Below, in pieces: positions 26,101 to 36,441 of a DNA stretch of 64,000 nt (positions are counted from its first letter, which is position 1; each line of letters opens with the position of its first letter). A program made the translations under genes and the position numbers. The notes under the pieces were generated by a model. It searched no databases. It had not been told where the DNA came from and saw only the letters and a program-made list of their open reading frames with translations. Location of the stretch: assembly GCF_964355755.1 (NCBI RefSeq), contig NC_092676.1, positions 4,627,888 through 4,691,887 of the forward strand, read 5' to 3'. This DNA comes from Antedon mediterranea (lineage: Eukaryota > Animalia > Echinodermata).

Positions 26101-26261
26101 ACGCGTTTTTTTTAAAAAAGATCTCTCAGCACTCAATTGGTTTAATGGCCGAACTACCAGTTTATTTTAAAGATTTTGTTGACATTAATGTTGCTTGTTC
26201 TTTTAGATTGTCTCGTACATTAACTGTAATGCCATCCTTAGAAGACGGCTTTCCAAACTAA
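8168..26261 (+). CDS. M16 (inverzincin) zinc metallopeptidase, C05D11.1-like; 22 coding exons: 8168-8308, 9085-9167, 9853-10011, 15105-15260, 16263-16439, 16605-16745, 17308-17418, 17575-17666, 17795-17972, 18328-18438, 19029-19172, 19533-19715, 20089-20191, 20746-20876, 21447-21627, 22104-22183, 22560-22717, 23130-23319, 23790-23933, 24683-24843, 25537-25689, 26207-26261
   Basis: HxxEH motif in DDGLPHTLEHLIFLGSEDYPFKG, then GTNAWTDTDHTCYT, GVVYCEM, YHRDFYRPEN and C-terminal GPMWRQIRGLGLAY. GT-AG introns; stop TAA at 26259-26261. Confidence 0.92.
10448..12266. mobile_element. Non-autonomous hAT-like DNA transposon
   Basis: TIRs CAGGGCTCGATTTA / TAAATCGAGCCCTG; 8-bp TSD GACTAAAC at 10440-10447 and 12267-12274; no transposase ORF. 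Confidence 0.9.
10652..11352. mobile_element. MITE nested in the hAT element, with TGCGCA-rich subterminal repeats
   Basis: Inverted ends TGTTATGCGCGATTTGAACGATTT / AAATCGTTCAAATCGCGCATAACA, with many TTGCGCAA palindromes near both ends. Confidence 0.8.
15408..15510 (+). mobile_element. tRNA-derived SINE head, same family as 425-575, with 2 B-box units
   Basis: GTAGCTTGGTTGTTAAC...CCAGGGTTCAATCCTGACCTAGTGCCAGGGTTCAATCCTGAC. Confidence 0.65.
15739..16242. mobile_element. Kolobok-like MITE
   Basis: TTAA on both flanks; TIRs AGATATATTGTCCC / GGGACAATGCATCT. Remnant ends of the same family lie at about 24130-24510 and 32144-32550. Confidence 0.75.
16800..17250. repeat. Degenerate ~33-bp minisatellite with core TTAGTGAACCCTGGATAC
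   Basis: Tandem units visible; this array explains repetitive ORFs 16758-17135. Confidence 0.9.
18446..18800. repeat. Degenerate 17-35-bp minisatellite with core AGTGA(A/G)CCCTGGATAT
   Basis: Tandem units visible; this array explains ORFs 18497-18847. Confidence 0.88.
24870..25170 (-). mobile_element. tRNA-derived SINE with a CORE-like central domain
   Basis: Minus strand has a B-box GGTTCAAATCC followed by CTTAGGCAAGACACTTTAC...CACCCAGGTGTATTAAATGGGTACC. The segment is absent from duplication copy B. Confidence 0.6.
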
Positions 26262-26372
26262 CCTAACAAATTGAAGAACTTTTCATGGATTGGATGAGTC
26301 AATTGTGAGAAAAGAAAAACTTAGATTAGAAATAGTTTGTAATGAATGTGTTTAATATTAGACTATTCTAGA

Positions 26373-27444
26373 TACAGTAGAATCTGTTTATGGGACACGC
26401 CTATTAATGGGAAACACATATAAATGGGACACACCTATAAATGGGACACACCTATAAATGGGACACACCTATTAATGGGGCACACCTATAAATGGGACAC
26501 ACCTATTAATGGGACACACCTATTAATGGGACACGCCTATAAATGGGACACGCCTATTAATGGGACACACCTATAAATGGGACACACCTATTAATGGGAT
26601 ACACCTATTAATGGGATACACCTATTAATTGGAGAGACCCCTATTCAGGGGACATACATATTTAGGTGACGCCCCTATTCAGGTGACGCCCCTATTCAGG
26701 GGACACCCCTATATTAAAGACCCCTTCCCTGCAATTTTGGACGTTTTTTGGAAAATAATACATATATATCACTTTAAAAACATTAAACCATGTCATTCCT
26801 TGTCTTAAATGTACGTTTTATGGTAAATTATGATAAAAAGTGAGAAACAATGCACTACCTAAGTAGCTCGCGGCGATCGACCTCTCGTGGACGGTCTCAG
26901 GCCTAGCCTAGCTAGGCTTAGTTTTGTAGGCCTAGCTGGTAAACATCGGTAACGTACGAACATCGTACGCTAGCTATATACCTAGCCTGACGTTGTATAG
27001 TTGCTGCATTAATTATCTTTCTATTTTTGCCAGACTCCGTTGATACAAATTGGGGAAAACCCGGTATTTTCGCTGAAAAGTTAGGAGTCTTCCATTTGTT
27101 TTGGCTTCACAATCGATCGAAAAGTGGGCGAATTACAGGTGAAAAACAACATTATCAATCCGCGCGCAATGCATTTTGGGATTTATAGCGGGCCGCTATA
27201 ATTATTAAAATCGATTTATTTTTCACATTTTTAACCGTTTAAAGACGAAAAAAGTTATCGCAATAGGACCATATAGTATTATTTTTACATTAAATATAGT
27301 TTGTGATCTTAAATTAGATCTAAAAAACGTAGGGAATGGGGCTTTAAGCTATATTAAGGGGACATCCCTATTCAGGGGATACCCCTATTAATGAGACACA
27401 TTTTTGGGTCCTGATAGTGTCCCCTTAATATGTGTTCTGCTGTA
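26373..27444. repeat. TA-flanked MITE (TACAGTAGAA...) with about 14 internal 17-bp units TAATGGGACACACCTAT
   Basis: Tandem units at 26391-26630; interrupted by the element at 26718-27343. Confidence 0.8.
26718..27343. mobile_element. Kolobok-like MITE, confirmed by an empty site
   Basis: TTAA TSD; TIRs AGACCCCTTCCCT / AGGGAATGGGGCT. The empty site ATATTAAGCT is seen in copy B at 34751-34760, and a sister copy lies at 51498-51998. Confidence 0.9.
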
Positions 27445-27902
27445 TATCCTAAAATTCTGAGAATTTGTAATATCTTTTCTTTCAAATTCAGCTTCGTTTA
27501 TTATATTAAGAAGCGTTTCACTTTGAGACGAGCGATGACCAACTACGCCATGTACGTTCATTGTTTGCACTCTTCACCATGTTTGATGGTTTCTAGGTCA
27601 ACGACCGACGACACATTGATTGACCTGACCTAGCTTAGTTGTCGCAAATCGATTAAAATTGTTCTTTCTGATCACCATTTACCAATAACTAACTAATTTT
27701 AGTTGATAAAAATAATGTGTTATTTTTATCCCATACTAGTTGTTATATCCCATAATAGGATATGATAGTCTTATAGTTTTTACTAGCTATCTTTCATTTT
27801 CACAAAGCGTCACATTACTACACAGATGTCCATTCAAAATCATGCGTACACTCGGAAACAAACAAGGGGAAATATATGTCCTATTTGTACTTACTTTTAT
27901 AA

Positions 27903-27940
<38 letters not shown>

Positions 27941-28717
27941 GTTTCAGTATATTTATTAATATATGTATATTTTGAGTTTTTCTATTTTATTTATAGAATT
28001 AATCATTGAAATCATAATAATTAGTTATTATCATTATATCATTGTCATCTTCATCATTGTCATTATTAAAACTTTAACTTCAATATCACGTGGTCCGTAT
28101 GTATTTTTTTTTTAACTTATTATGCTTAAGATTATGAAAAATATTAATAAAATCTCTTGAAAAAAATTATTACTCGTGTGTTTTGTCCAAACATAGAGGT
28201 ATCTTTATAATATCTCTATGGTCCAACTCCTATTACTATTGTGTACCGTCCTAATTAAGGGGCGTTCACACCTGTTCCAGCACGGGTCCGGCAGTTGTGT
28301 AACACAGAGGCCCCTGGTTTAGCAACCGTAAGTGGCCATCCAACGCTGGAAGCCTCAATTTTTAGCCTTTTTCGACATATTTTCTGGGGGTTTTTTAGCT
28401 CCGGGGCCGGCAAATCAAGTCGAACGTAAATGTTTTGCCTCGTCTGCCTCCCATGCTGGCTATGGCCCTGCTCACTACCTTGTAAAACATACGACCCCTA
28501 CCACCAGGCAATAATGTGTTAGCTTAAATCATCAAGGCGAAAGAAAGTGAGAGTACGGTGTCTCGTGAAGTTTTATTATCCATCTAATTGGCTATTCATG
28601 GATGATATACTCGATTCTTATTGGCTATTTAAATTATGAATTAATCAATAAATTCTACTACTCATTTCTATTGGCTGTCCAAGACGGTGGATCGATATGC
28701 TCGAATCTTATTGGCTA

Positions 28718-31700
28718 TCATTCAAATTCAAATGATAAATCTGTGTTCTTCATCTTTTCTCTGTACATCTTATCAAACTTTGCGTTCTGATTTATGGTGA
28801 AATAATTCTTCCAATCGCCAACAACGCCTAATTAATGAAAAAGATTATATTTTTTATAAAATGTAGGAGCTACTGTCGGACAAATTTCGGTTGGCCGACT
28901 GTCTTTCGGCTATGGTTGTCGACGAAATGTGCTGTCGACGGAATGTCCTGTCGGCGGAATGTCCTGTCGGCAGAATGTGCTGTCGGGAAAATGTCCTATC
29001 GGCAAAATGACCGGTCGGCGAAAAGTCCGGACGCCTGAATGTCGACGAATAGTCTGTTGACCAGTAGTCTGTCGCCGAAGTGGCGTTCGGCAAAACGTCC
29101 CGTTACCGTGTGTGTTTGTAATATTGTAAACATTTTTGAAGAAATAAAAAAGTGTGAAGAACCATAAAAAAAAACAAATAGAACCTGAAAAAATTACCTT
29201 TCCTCATAAAGGCTGATATCGCATGATCTACATGTACGCCGTCGGAAAAGTTTACCTTAGGATTGTTTTTCATAGACCCAAACGAACAGTGCTGTACAAC
29301 GTCCTGAATTCTTCCATCAGGAATTTTCCACTCAAAAAACTCAGCCACTCTTTCGATTACACTTTTGAGATCCTGTGAAAATAGTCAATAGTTCAATAGA
29401 CCCTTTTATATAACACCTAAATTAATTCCTGTCATTTGATTGGACGAATGTGGGTCACATGGCGTACAATAGTAGTTAGTACTATTAATTACTCCCTCCA
29501 GTAATGGATTGATCTATTTATTAGAGAAATACCTTCCCATTGTATTGGATTAAAACGAGTGTATCGAATGATTGCGTTTGAACATAGAAAAACATACTGT
29601 AGGCCTATTGGATACAACTGTTGGTTGGAGCAACATGATGCTGAGCTCCGGAGATAACAGTGTGTATCTGTGTCTGCGACACGTCAGTGCCACGCCCTTT
29701 TAACAGACACCGCGCGACGCGATGATTATGTACATAGTACAGTACTGGTGGTATTTGTCGCAGCCAGACATGAGATCAAAGGACGAGTTCCTATCTTGGC
29801 AATGCGAGCTCAGTTTCCTGTTGTTAGATTGCCTTGGTTGGAGAAAGGAGTTCCAGTTACATTATAATATCAAAGAACCTAATAATATACTGATAAAAGA
29901 TAGGCCTATAATTATATCATTACCTTTTTCATATCTTCGTATTTTACGAATAGAATGTTTTCTTCATTTCGTCGTTTCCACCAGTATATATTCATTTCAA
30001 ACCATGAACCATACGCCACTATTTAAACAAATATACAGAATTAACATAGAAATAAGAATATTATTACATAAGGTCTTTTCTATTGGCGGCCAGCGTTGCG
30101 TCTCTAACGCGTGGTTCCCACTCGCGACGCAACGCAAGGACGTAACGCAACGCAAGTGAATTGACCAATCACAAGCGATGGCTTATTCGCTTGTGATTGC
30201 TAACTGTATATAACTTCACTTGTCATTGGTTAAAACGCTTGCGTTGCGTTTACGTCCTTGCGTTACGTTCTAGTGGGAACCAAGCTTAAAGCTTGCGTCG
30301 CTAGTGGGAACCACGCTTAAGTGGGAACCAAGCTACGTTGCGCTTACGTCCTTGTGTTGTGTCTCTGGTGTGGGAAGAACCAACCATTATAAATACTAGA
30401 AATTCTTATCTATCAGGGTTGTCATACAATGCTCATGTTCGTTACCCAGGTAGAGACAATAACACGTTACATCTCCGTGTGGTTAAACGCTCGGTCATGG
30501 TTAAGCCTGGGTTTCAGAGAGTTACTGCTGGGAATAAATATTAAAGCTACGTTCACACTGGGCCCGAATTGGAAAAAATTCATAAAACGTTGTGGTGTGA
30601 AGTGATATTTTTTTTTAATAGACATGGGTTCACGCTTACGCATTCCGGATAGTAATAAAATGATAGGGACAAAAATCGGAGTTTTCTCCTTCCGCCAGAC
30701 GGAAATTTCGACTCAGCGTGAAAATTGCCTACCGTCATCTGCGCAGAACGCATCAAAGAAATCGTCCCAATGATCAAAACTTCTCAGATATGAATTGGAT
30801 CGATGAAAGTGATACAGAGAGACCGCGTTGTCTTTAGGGTTTCTCCCGACATATACAATCTATAAATAAAACATGAAATGTCGTTTATATTTCTGTGATG
30901 GCTCTAGTTCTCTCCATAAAGTGTGGTTCCCACTGGTAACGTAACGTAAACGACCGACGCAACGTAAGAAAATGCCCTTCCCGTGTTTGCCCCAACCTGC
31001 GTGAAATCAAACCTGCGATGTTGCGTCGTCGGTTGCGTCAATACGTCATTGCGTTGCGTCCTAGTGGGGAACCACGCTTTATCATTATTATCATTAGCTG
31101 CTCAAAAACTCCCTCCAGAGAGACCAGAGATCACGTTTGGGTGGTCCCAACTAAACATTTTATTGACATTAAATCAGACGAATGCTGCAGTTTTTGAAAT
31201 ACACACAAAAGGACAGCCAACATAACTCGGGATTACATTTACTCTCACACTTCTTCGGCGGGAAAGACATGAATTAAACTATCGAATTTTGTATACAATT
31301 AGGCCTACCTTTGGTTTCTTTACACTGAGTTGTTTAGCCATATGTTGATGCGGTAGATGGGTTTTAAGTAGCCTACGTGACTCTCTTTCTCTGGCTATGT
31401 CGGTCGGTAAATTTAAATAATTTGGTCTATTTAGATCAAGAAAAGTAAACCTGCGTAAGATGCTAACTTCGTCTGCCTTTTGGAAATCACAACCATGGAA
31501 AAGAACTGATACTATCTCCTGCATCCACGTAGTTCCTGGAATTAAATTTATGTCAATGATATCTGTGTTGTATCTATATCATACTACCATATTTGGGCAT
31601 ATCACTACCATATCTGTCAACTAGTTTGACAATGTAGACAGAATTTTGCCTATAAAGTATGAGCTTATAAACTTACCAGCTTTAGGGTATGTGATTACCC

Positions 31701-31797
31701 AAATGTCATCATTACGAACCTCAAAAGTTTCCATAGCTGTAAGGATTTCATCTGATATTACCCAGGGGTAGCGAACACCGTCGACAATTCTGTCCAT
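28718..31797 (-). CDS. Cytosolic sulfotransferase (SULT1-like), copy 3; exons 31797-31677, 31535-31309, 30859-30733, 30018-29924, 29372-29198, 28827-28718
   Basis: MDRIVDGVRYPW...TYPKAGTTW, KTHL, RNPKDNAVS, YGSWFE, RKGVVGDWKNYFT; canonical splice sites. The true start could be slightly upstream. Confidence 0.93.
28870..29107. repeat. MITE-like insert with 15-bp units GAATGT(C/G)CTGTCGGC (paralog at ~36595-36848 has one more unit)
   Basis: GC-rich tandem units in the last SULT intron. Confidence 0.7.
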
Positions 31798-32713
31798 TTC
31801 AGTAGTAAGCCTAGTTAACTGCAATCATTCGGGTTGTTATTGTACAAGTCCTACCGTACTATAGGTCTACTGTAAGACAAACCGTATATATTATATAGGG
31901 ATCAAACGTTCAGTATTGTTATTAGTACTGTAGCAGATAATTAATCTCCAAGTACAATACAATATTAACCTTCAACGTATTTCACTTGGTTTGTAGGCCT
32001 AATGTGTTCTTCAAATTCGCTCAAGATGATAAAAGTATATGATTAAGACCTCTGTCAATACACTACCAGGAAAAAATTACAATATAAATTTATTTATTTG
32101 TGTTGTTCCTATTCTAATTATGACCTTTCTTCGGTATTATTATAAAAATGGTCAAATTGGCTGCCAGCCAATGGTTTTTGATAAAATTAAACATTTATTT
32201 GGTCATTTTATAAGTGAAAACCTTATTTTTTTTCATTTTCTTTTTCTACAGAAGTGATTAACTTTATTAAAACTACAAAATAATATATTCAAATTCTGAT
32301 TTAATTTATCTTCATTTTTCATGTTTTTGGGGGACAATGCATCTTTAAAAAATGTAATTTAAAGCAAAAAATAGTCAAATTGGCAAACAAATTTTTTTTG
32401 AATTTAACAGTTTATTTTGTCACATTACTTTTCGATTTTTTTCCTACGGAAGTGATTCATTTGGTTAAAACTACAAAATGGCATATTGAAAGTCTGATTT
32501 GATTAATCTTCATTTTTGTGTGTTTTGGGGGAGGACAATACATCTTTAAGTAATTAATCTGTAAATGTGTAAACAAAAGTTACTGCCATAACTGCAGTAG
32601 AATATTTACTTGACCTGGGTAAGCTACAGTTAAAGTTAGCCAAACACAGGCAGAACTCAAGCTATCTCACATTCCAGTCAAAATTCTGGGCATTTTTTGT
32701 GTGATTGTTATAG

Positions 32714-33994
32714 GATGGGTATATAACTGGGAAGACTGTCTTTGAAGATGTACAGTTTGAGACAACAATCAGTAGTGTTCTCTATGAAGTGATCGAACGG
32801 GAAGAGACCGTGGCATCTACATCCCAAGTGTCTCTTCTTAGTTACCGTACCTTAGAGGAACTAACAAAGACTATAACAGGTTAGAATTACCTTATTACCT
32901 TATTTCCACCTATAAAGCTCTGTCTACACTATCATCAAACTAGTTTGACAAAAATAGTGTGAGGTGCCCAAATATGGTAGTGATATTCCCAAATATGGTA
33001 GTGATATTCCCAAATATGGTAGTGATATACCCAAATATGGTAGTGATATTCCCAAATATGATAATTGTTGATAGTGTAGACTAGCTTTCCTGCTTTACTT
33101 GAGGACATTACAGATGTCCTGGCTCCTGAATCATACTATTTTAGAACATGAATAAAATAATAAGTATTGTATTTTTTTAAATAATTTTAATAGAAACTTG
33201 TTGAAACGGATCGCAGACGTGAAGAAAAGCGACCTGAAGCGTATTGGGGAGAAGTACATTATGCCGTTGTTTGATACTAACTTGTCGAGATGCGCTGTCT
33301 GCTGCCAGTCTAGCAAAGTTGACGAGATTAAGCAAGCATTTGAAGGGTAAAGTTGAAATAATTAATTTTTTTTTTCAAAGCTCTGTCTATATTGGATCAT
33401 ATAGAAGTAACGTTTTTTCACATTACATTATCAGATCCAAATGAACTTATTTAATAAGCTCTGTCTACACTATCAAATTTTATGTGACAAAACATTGTGA
33501 TGTGCCCATATACGGACATGATGATGTCATACCACTACCATATTTGGGTATATCACTACCATATTTAGGTATATAACACTTTTTTTGGTCAAAATAGTTT
33601 GATAGTGTAGACAGAGCTTAAAGAAATGAATTTACTTATCACTACCTTATTTGAGCACATCGCACTTTTTTGTCAAACTAGTTTGATAGTGTGGACAGAT
33701 CTTTAGATTCTTTCTTTACCTGTGTTGCACATATCACTGGTTTTCCCACTCTATTGCACTGACTTATCATTTCACACATATCACACTTTTTATTGTTTTT
33801 TTAATTTTATTGTAACAGATTTCAATTGGCTTAAAAATGCGGTTTTTTTTAAAGATCTCTCAGCACTCAATTGGTTTAATGTCTGAACTACCAGTTTATT
33901 TTAAAGATTTTGTTGACATAATGTTGCTTGTTCTTTTAGATTGTCTCGTACATTAACTGTAATGCCATCCTTAGAAGATGGCTTTCCAAACTAA
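32714..33994 (+). pseudogene. Orphan duplicate of the last three M16 peptidase exons (32714-32879, 33194-33346, 33940-33994)
   Basis: Near-identical to exons 20-22. The first carries a 5-nt insertion (TTACC-GTACC-TTAGAGG) causing a frameshift, plus several missense changes. Confidence 0.85.
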
Positions 33995-34106
33995 CCTAAC
34001 GAATTGAAGAACTTATCATGGATTGGATGAGTCAATTATGAGAAAAGAAAAACTTAAGATTAGAAATAGTTTGTAATGAATGTGTTTAATATTAGACTAT
34101 TCTAGG

Positions 34107-34853
34107 TACAGTAGAATCTGTTTATGGGACACACCTATTAATGGGACACACCTATTAATGGGACACACCTATAAATGGGACACGCCTATTAATGGGATAC
34201 ACCTATTAATGGGATACACCTATTAATGGGATACACCTATTAATGGGATACACCTATTAATGGGACACACCTATTAATGGGACACACTTATTAATGGGAC
34301 ACGCCTATTAATGGGACACGCCTATTAATGGGACACACCTATTAATGGGACACACCTATTAATGGGACACACCTATTAATGGGACACACCTATTAATGGG
34401 ATACACCTATTAATTGGATACACCTATTAATGGGATACACCTATTAATGGGACACACCTATTAATGGGACACACCTATTAATGGGATACACCTATTAATG
34501 GGATACACCTATTAATGGGACACACCTATTAATGGGATACACCTATTAATGGGACACACCTATTAATGGGATACACCTATTAATGGGACACACCTATTAA
34601 TGGGACACACCTATTAATGGGACACACCTATTAATGGGATACACCTATTAATTGGAGAGACCCCTATTCAGGGGACATACATATTTAGGGGACACCCCTA
34701 TTCAGGTGATGCCCCTATTCAGGGGACATCCCTATTCAGGGGACACCCCTATATTAAGCTATATTAAGGGGACATCCCTATTCAGGGGATACCCCTATTA
34801 ATGAGACACATTTTTGGGTCCTGATAGTGTCCCCTTAATACGTGTTCTGCTGT
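34107..34853. repeat. Paralogous MITE with an expanded 17-bp array (about 31 units)
   Basis: TAATGGGA(C/T)ACACCTAT tandem at 34125-34650. Confidence 0.9.
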
Positions 34854-35690
34854 ATATCCTAAAATTCTGAGAATTTGTAATATCTTTTCTTTCAAATTCA
34901 GCTTTGTTTATTATAATAAGAAGCGTTTCACTTTGAGACGAGCGATGACCAACTACGCCATGTACGTTCATTGTTTGCACTCTTCACCATGTTTGATGGT
35001 TTCTAGGTCAACGACCGACGACACATTGATTGACCTGACCTAGCTTAGTTGTCGCAAATCGATTAAAATTGTTCTTTCTGATCACCATTTACCAATAACT
35101 AACTAATTTTAGTTGATAAAAATAATGTGTTATTTTTATCCCATACTAGTTGTTATATCTCATAATAGGATATGATAGTCTTATAGTTTTTACTAGCTAT
35201 CTTTCATTTTCACAAAGCGTCACATGACTACACAGATGTCCATTCAAAATCATGCGTACACTCGGATACAAACAAGGGAAATATATGTCCTATTTTTACT
35301 TACTTTTATAATATATTTTATATATATCTATACAGGTTTTAGTATATTTATTAGTATATGTATATTTTGAGTTTTTCTATTTTATTTATAGAATTAATCA
35401 TTGAAATCATAATAATTAGTTATTATCATTATATCATTGTCATCTTCATCATTGTCATTAAAACTTTAACTTCAATATCACGTGGTCCGTATGTATTTTT
35501 TTTTCAACTTATTATGCTTAAGATTGATTATGAATAATATTAATAAAATGTCTTGAAAAAAATTATTACTCGTGTGTTTTGTCCAAATATAGAGAAATCA
35601 GTATAATATCTCTATGGTCCAAATTCTACTACTACAGAGTACCGTCCTAATTAAGGGGCTTTCACACCTGTTCCAGCACGGGTCCGGCAG

Positions 35691-36016
35691 GCGATTTTTT
35701 TTTCGTACATAAGTTGGGGACCCCATGTGAAAGATAGCCGAACTACTTCTTAAATATAACCCTCTTAATAATCTGTCTGTCACTATAAAGTAAAAGAAGT
35801 AGCTCATGGGAATCGAACCCCATACATCGACATGCTAAAGTCCATAGTCTTATCCACTCGACTACGCAGACGGCTCGGCAGAAATCGTTTGCATTAGCGA
35901 ATTGTAGTTAGCTTAATTCTTACGTCACACCTTATTGATATGACTAATGAATATTCATGTTTATTTTGTGACGTTTCACGAGGGGTCCCCAACTTATGTA
36001 CGAAAAGAAATATCGC
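35691..36016. mobile_element. Mutator-like MITE carrying an internal tRNA-like segment
   Basis: 9-bp TSD GTCCGGCAG at 35682-35690 and 36017-36025; ~35-bp TIRs GCGATTTTTTTTTCGTACATAAGTTGGGGACCCC. Empty site in copy A at about 28286-28294. Confidence 0.88.
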
Positions 36017-36441
36017 GTCCGGCAGTGGCGTAACTCAGAGGCCCCTGCTTTATGAACCGTAAGTGGCCCTCCAATGCTGGAAGCCTCAGTTGTTTTTAGC
36101 CTTTTTCGACATATTTTCTGTTTTTTTTTAGGGCCGGCAAATCAAATCGAACGTAAATGTTTCGCCTCGTCTGCCTTCCATGCTGGCTATGGCCCTGCTC
36201 ACTACCTTGTAAAACATACGACCCCTACCACCAGGCAATAATTTTTTAGCTTAAATCATCAAGGCGAAAGAAAGTGAGAGTACGGTGTTGCGTAAAGTTT
36301 TATTATCCATCTGATTGGCTATTCATTGATGAAATACTCGATTCTTATTGGCTATTCAAATTATGAATCAATCAATTCTACTACTCATTTCTATTAGCTG
36401 TCCAAAGACGGTGGATCGATATGCTCGAATCTTATCGGCTA

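Larger units (their letters stand above)
24131..32143. repeat. Tandem segmental duplication, copy A (~8.0 kb)
   Basis: Colinear with 32144-39893. Junction ...CTTCGGTATTATTAT|AAAAATGGTCAAATT at about 32143. Confidence 0.93.

Noticed and set aside
29670-30159. 145-aa and 65-aa plus-strand ORFs (and duplicates at 37417-37906)
   Set aside because: Antisense to SULT exon 4 and running into a MITE; conserved only because the region is duplicated.
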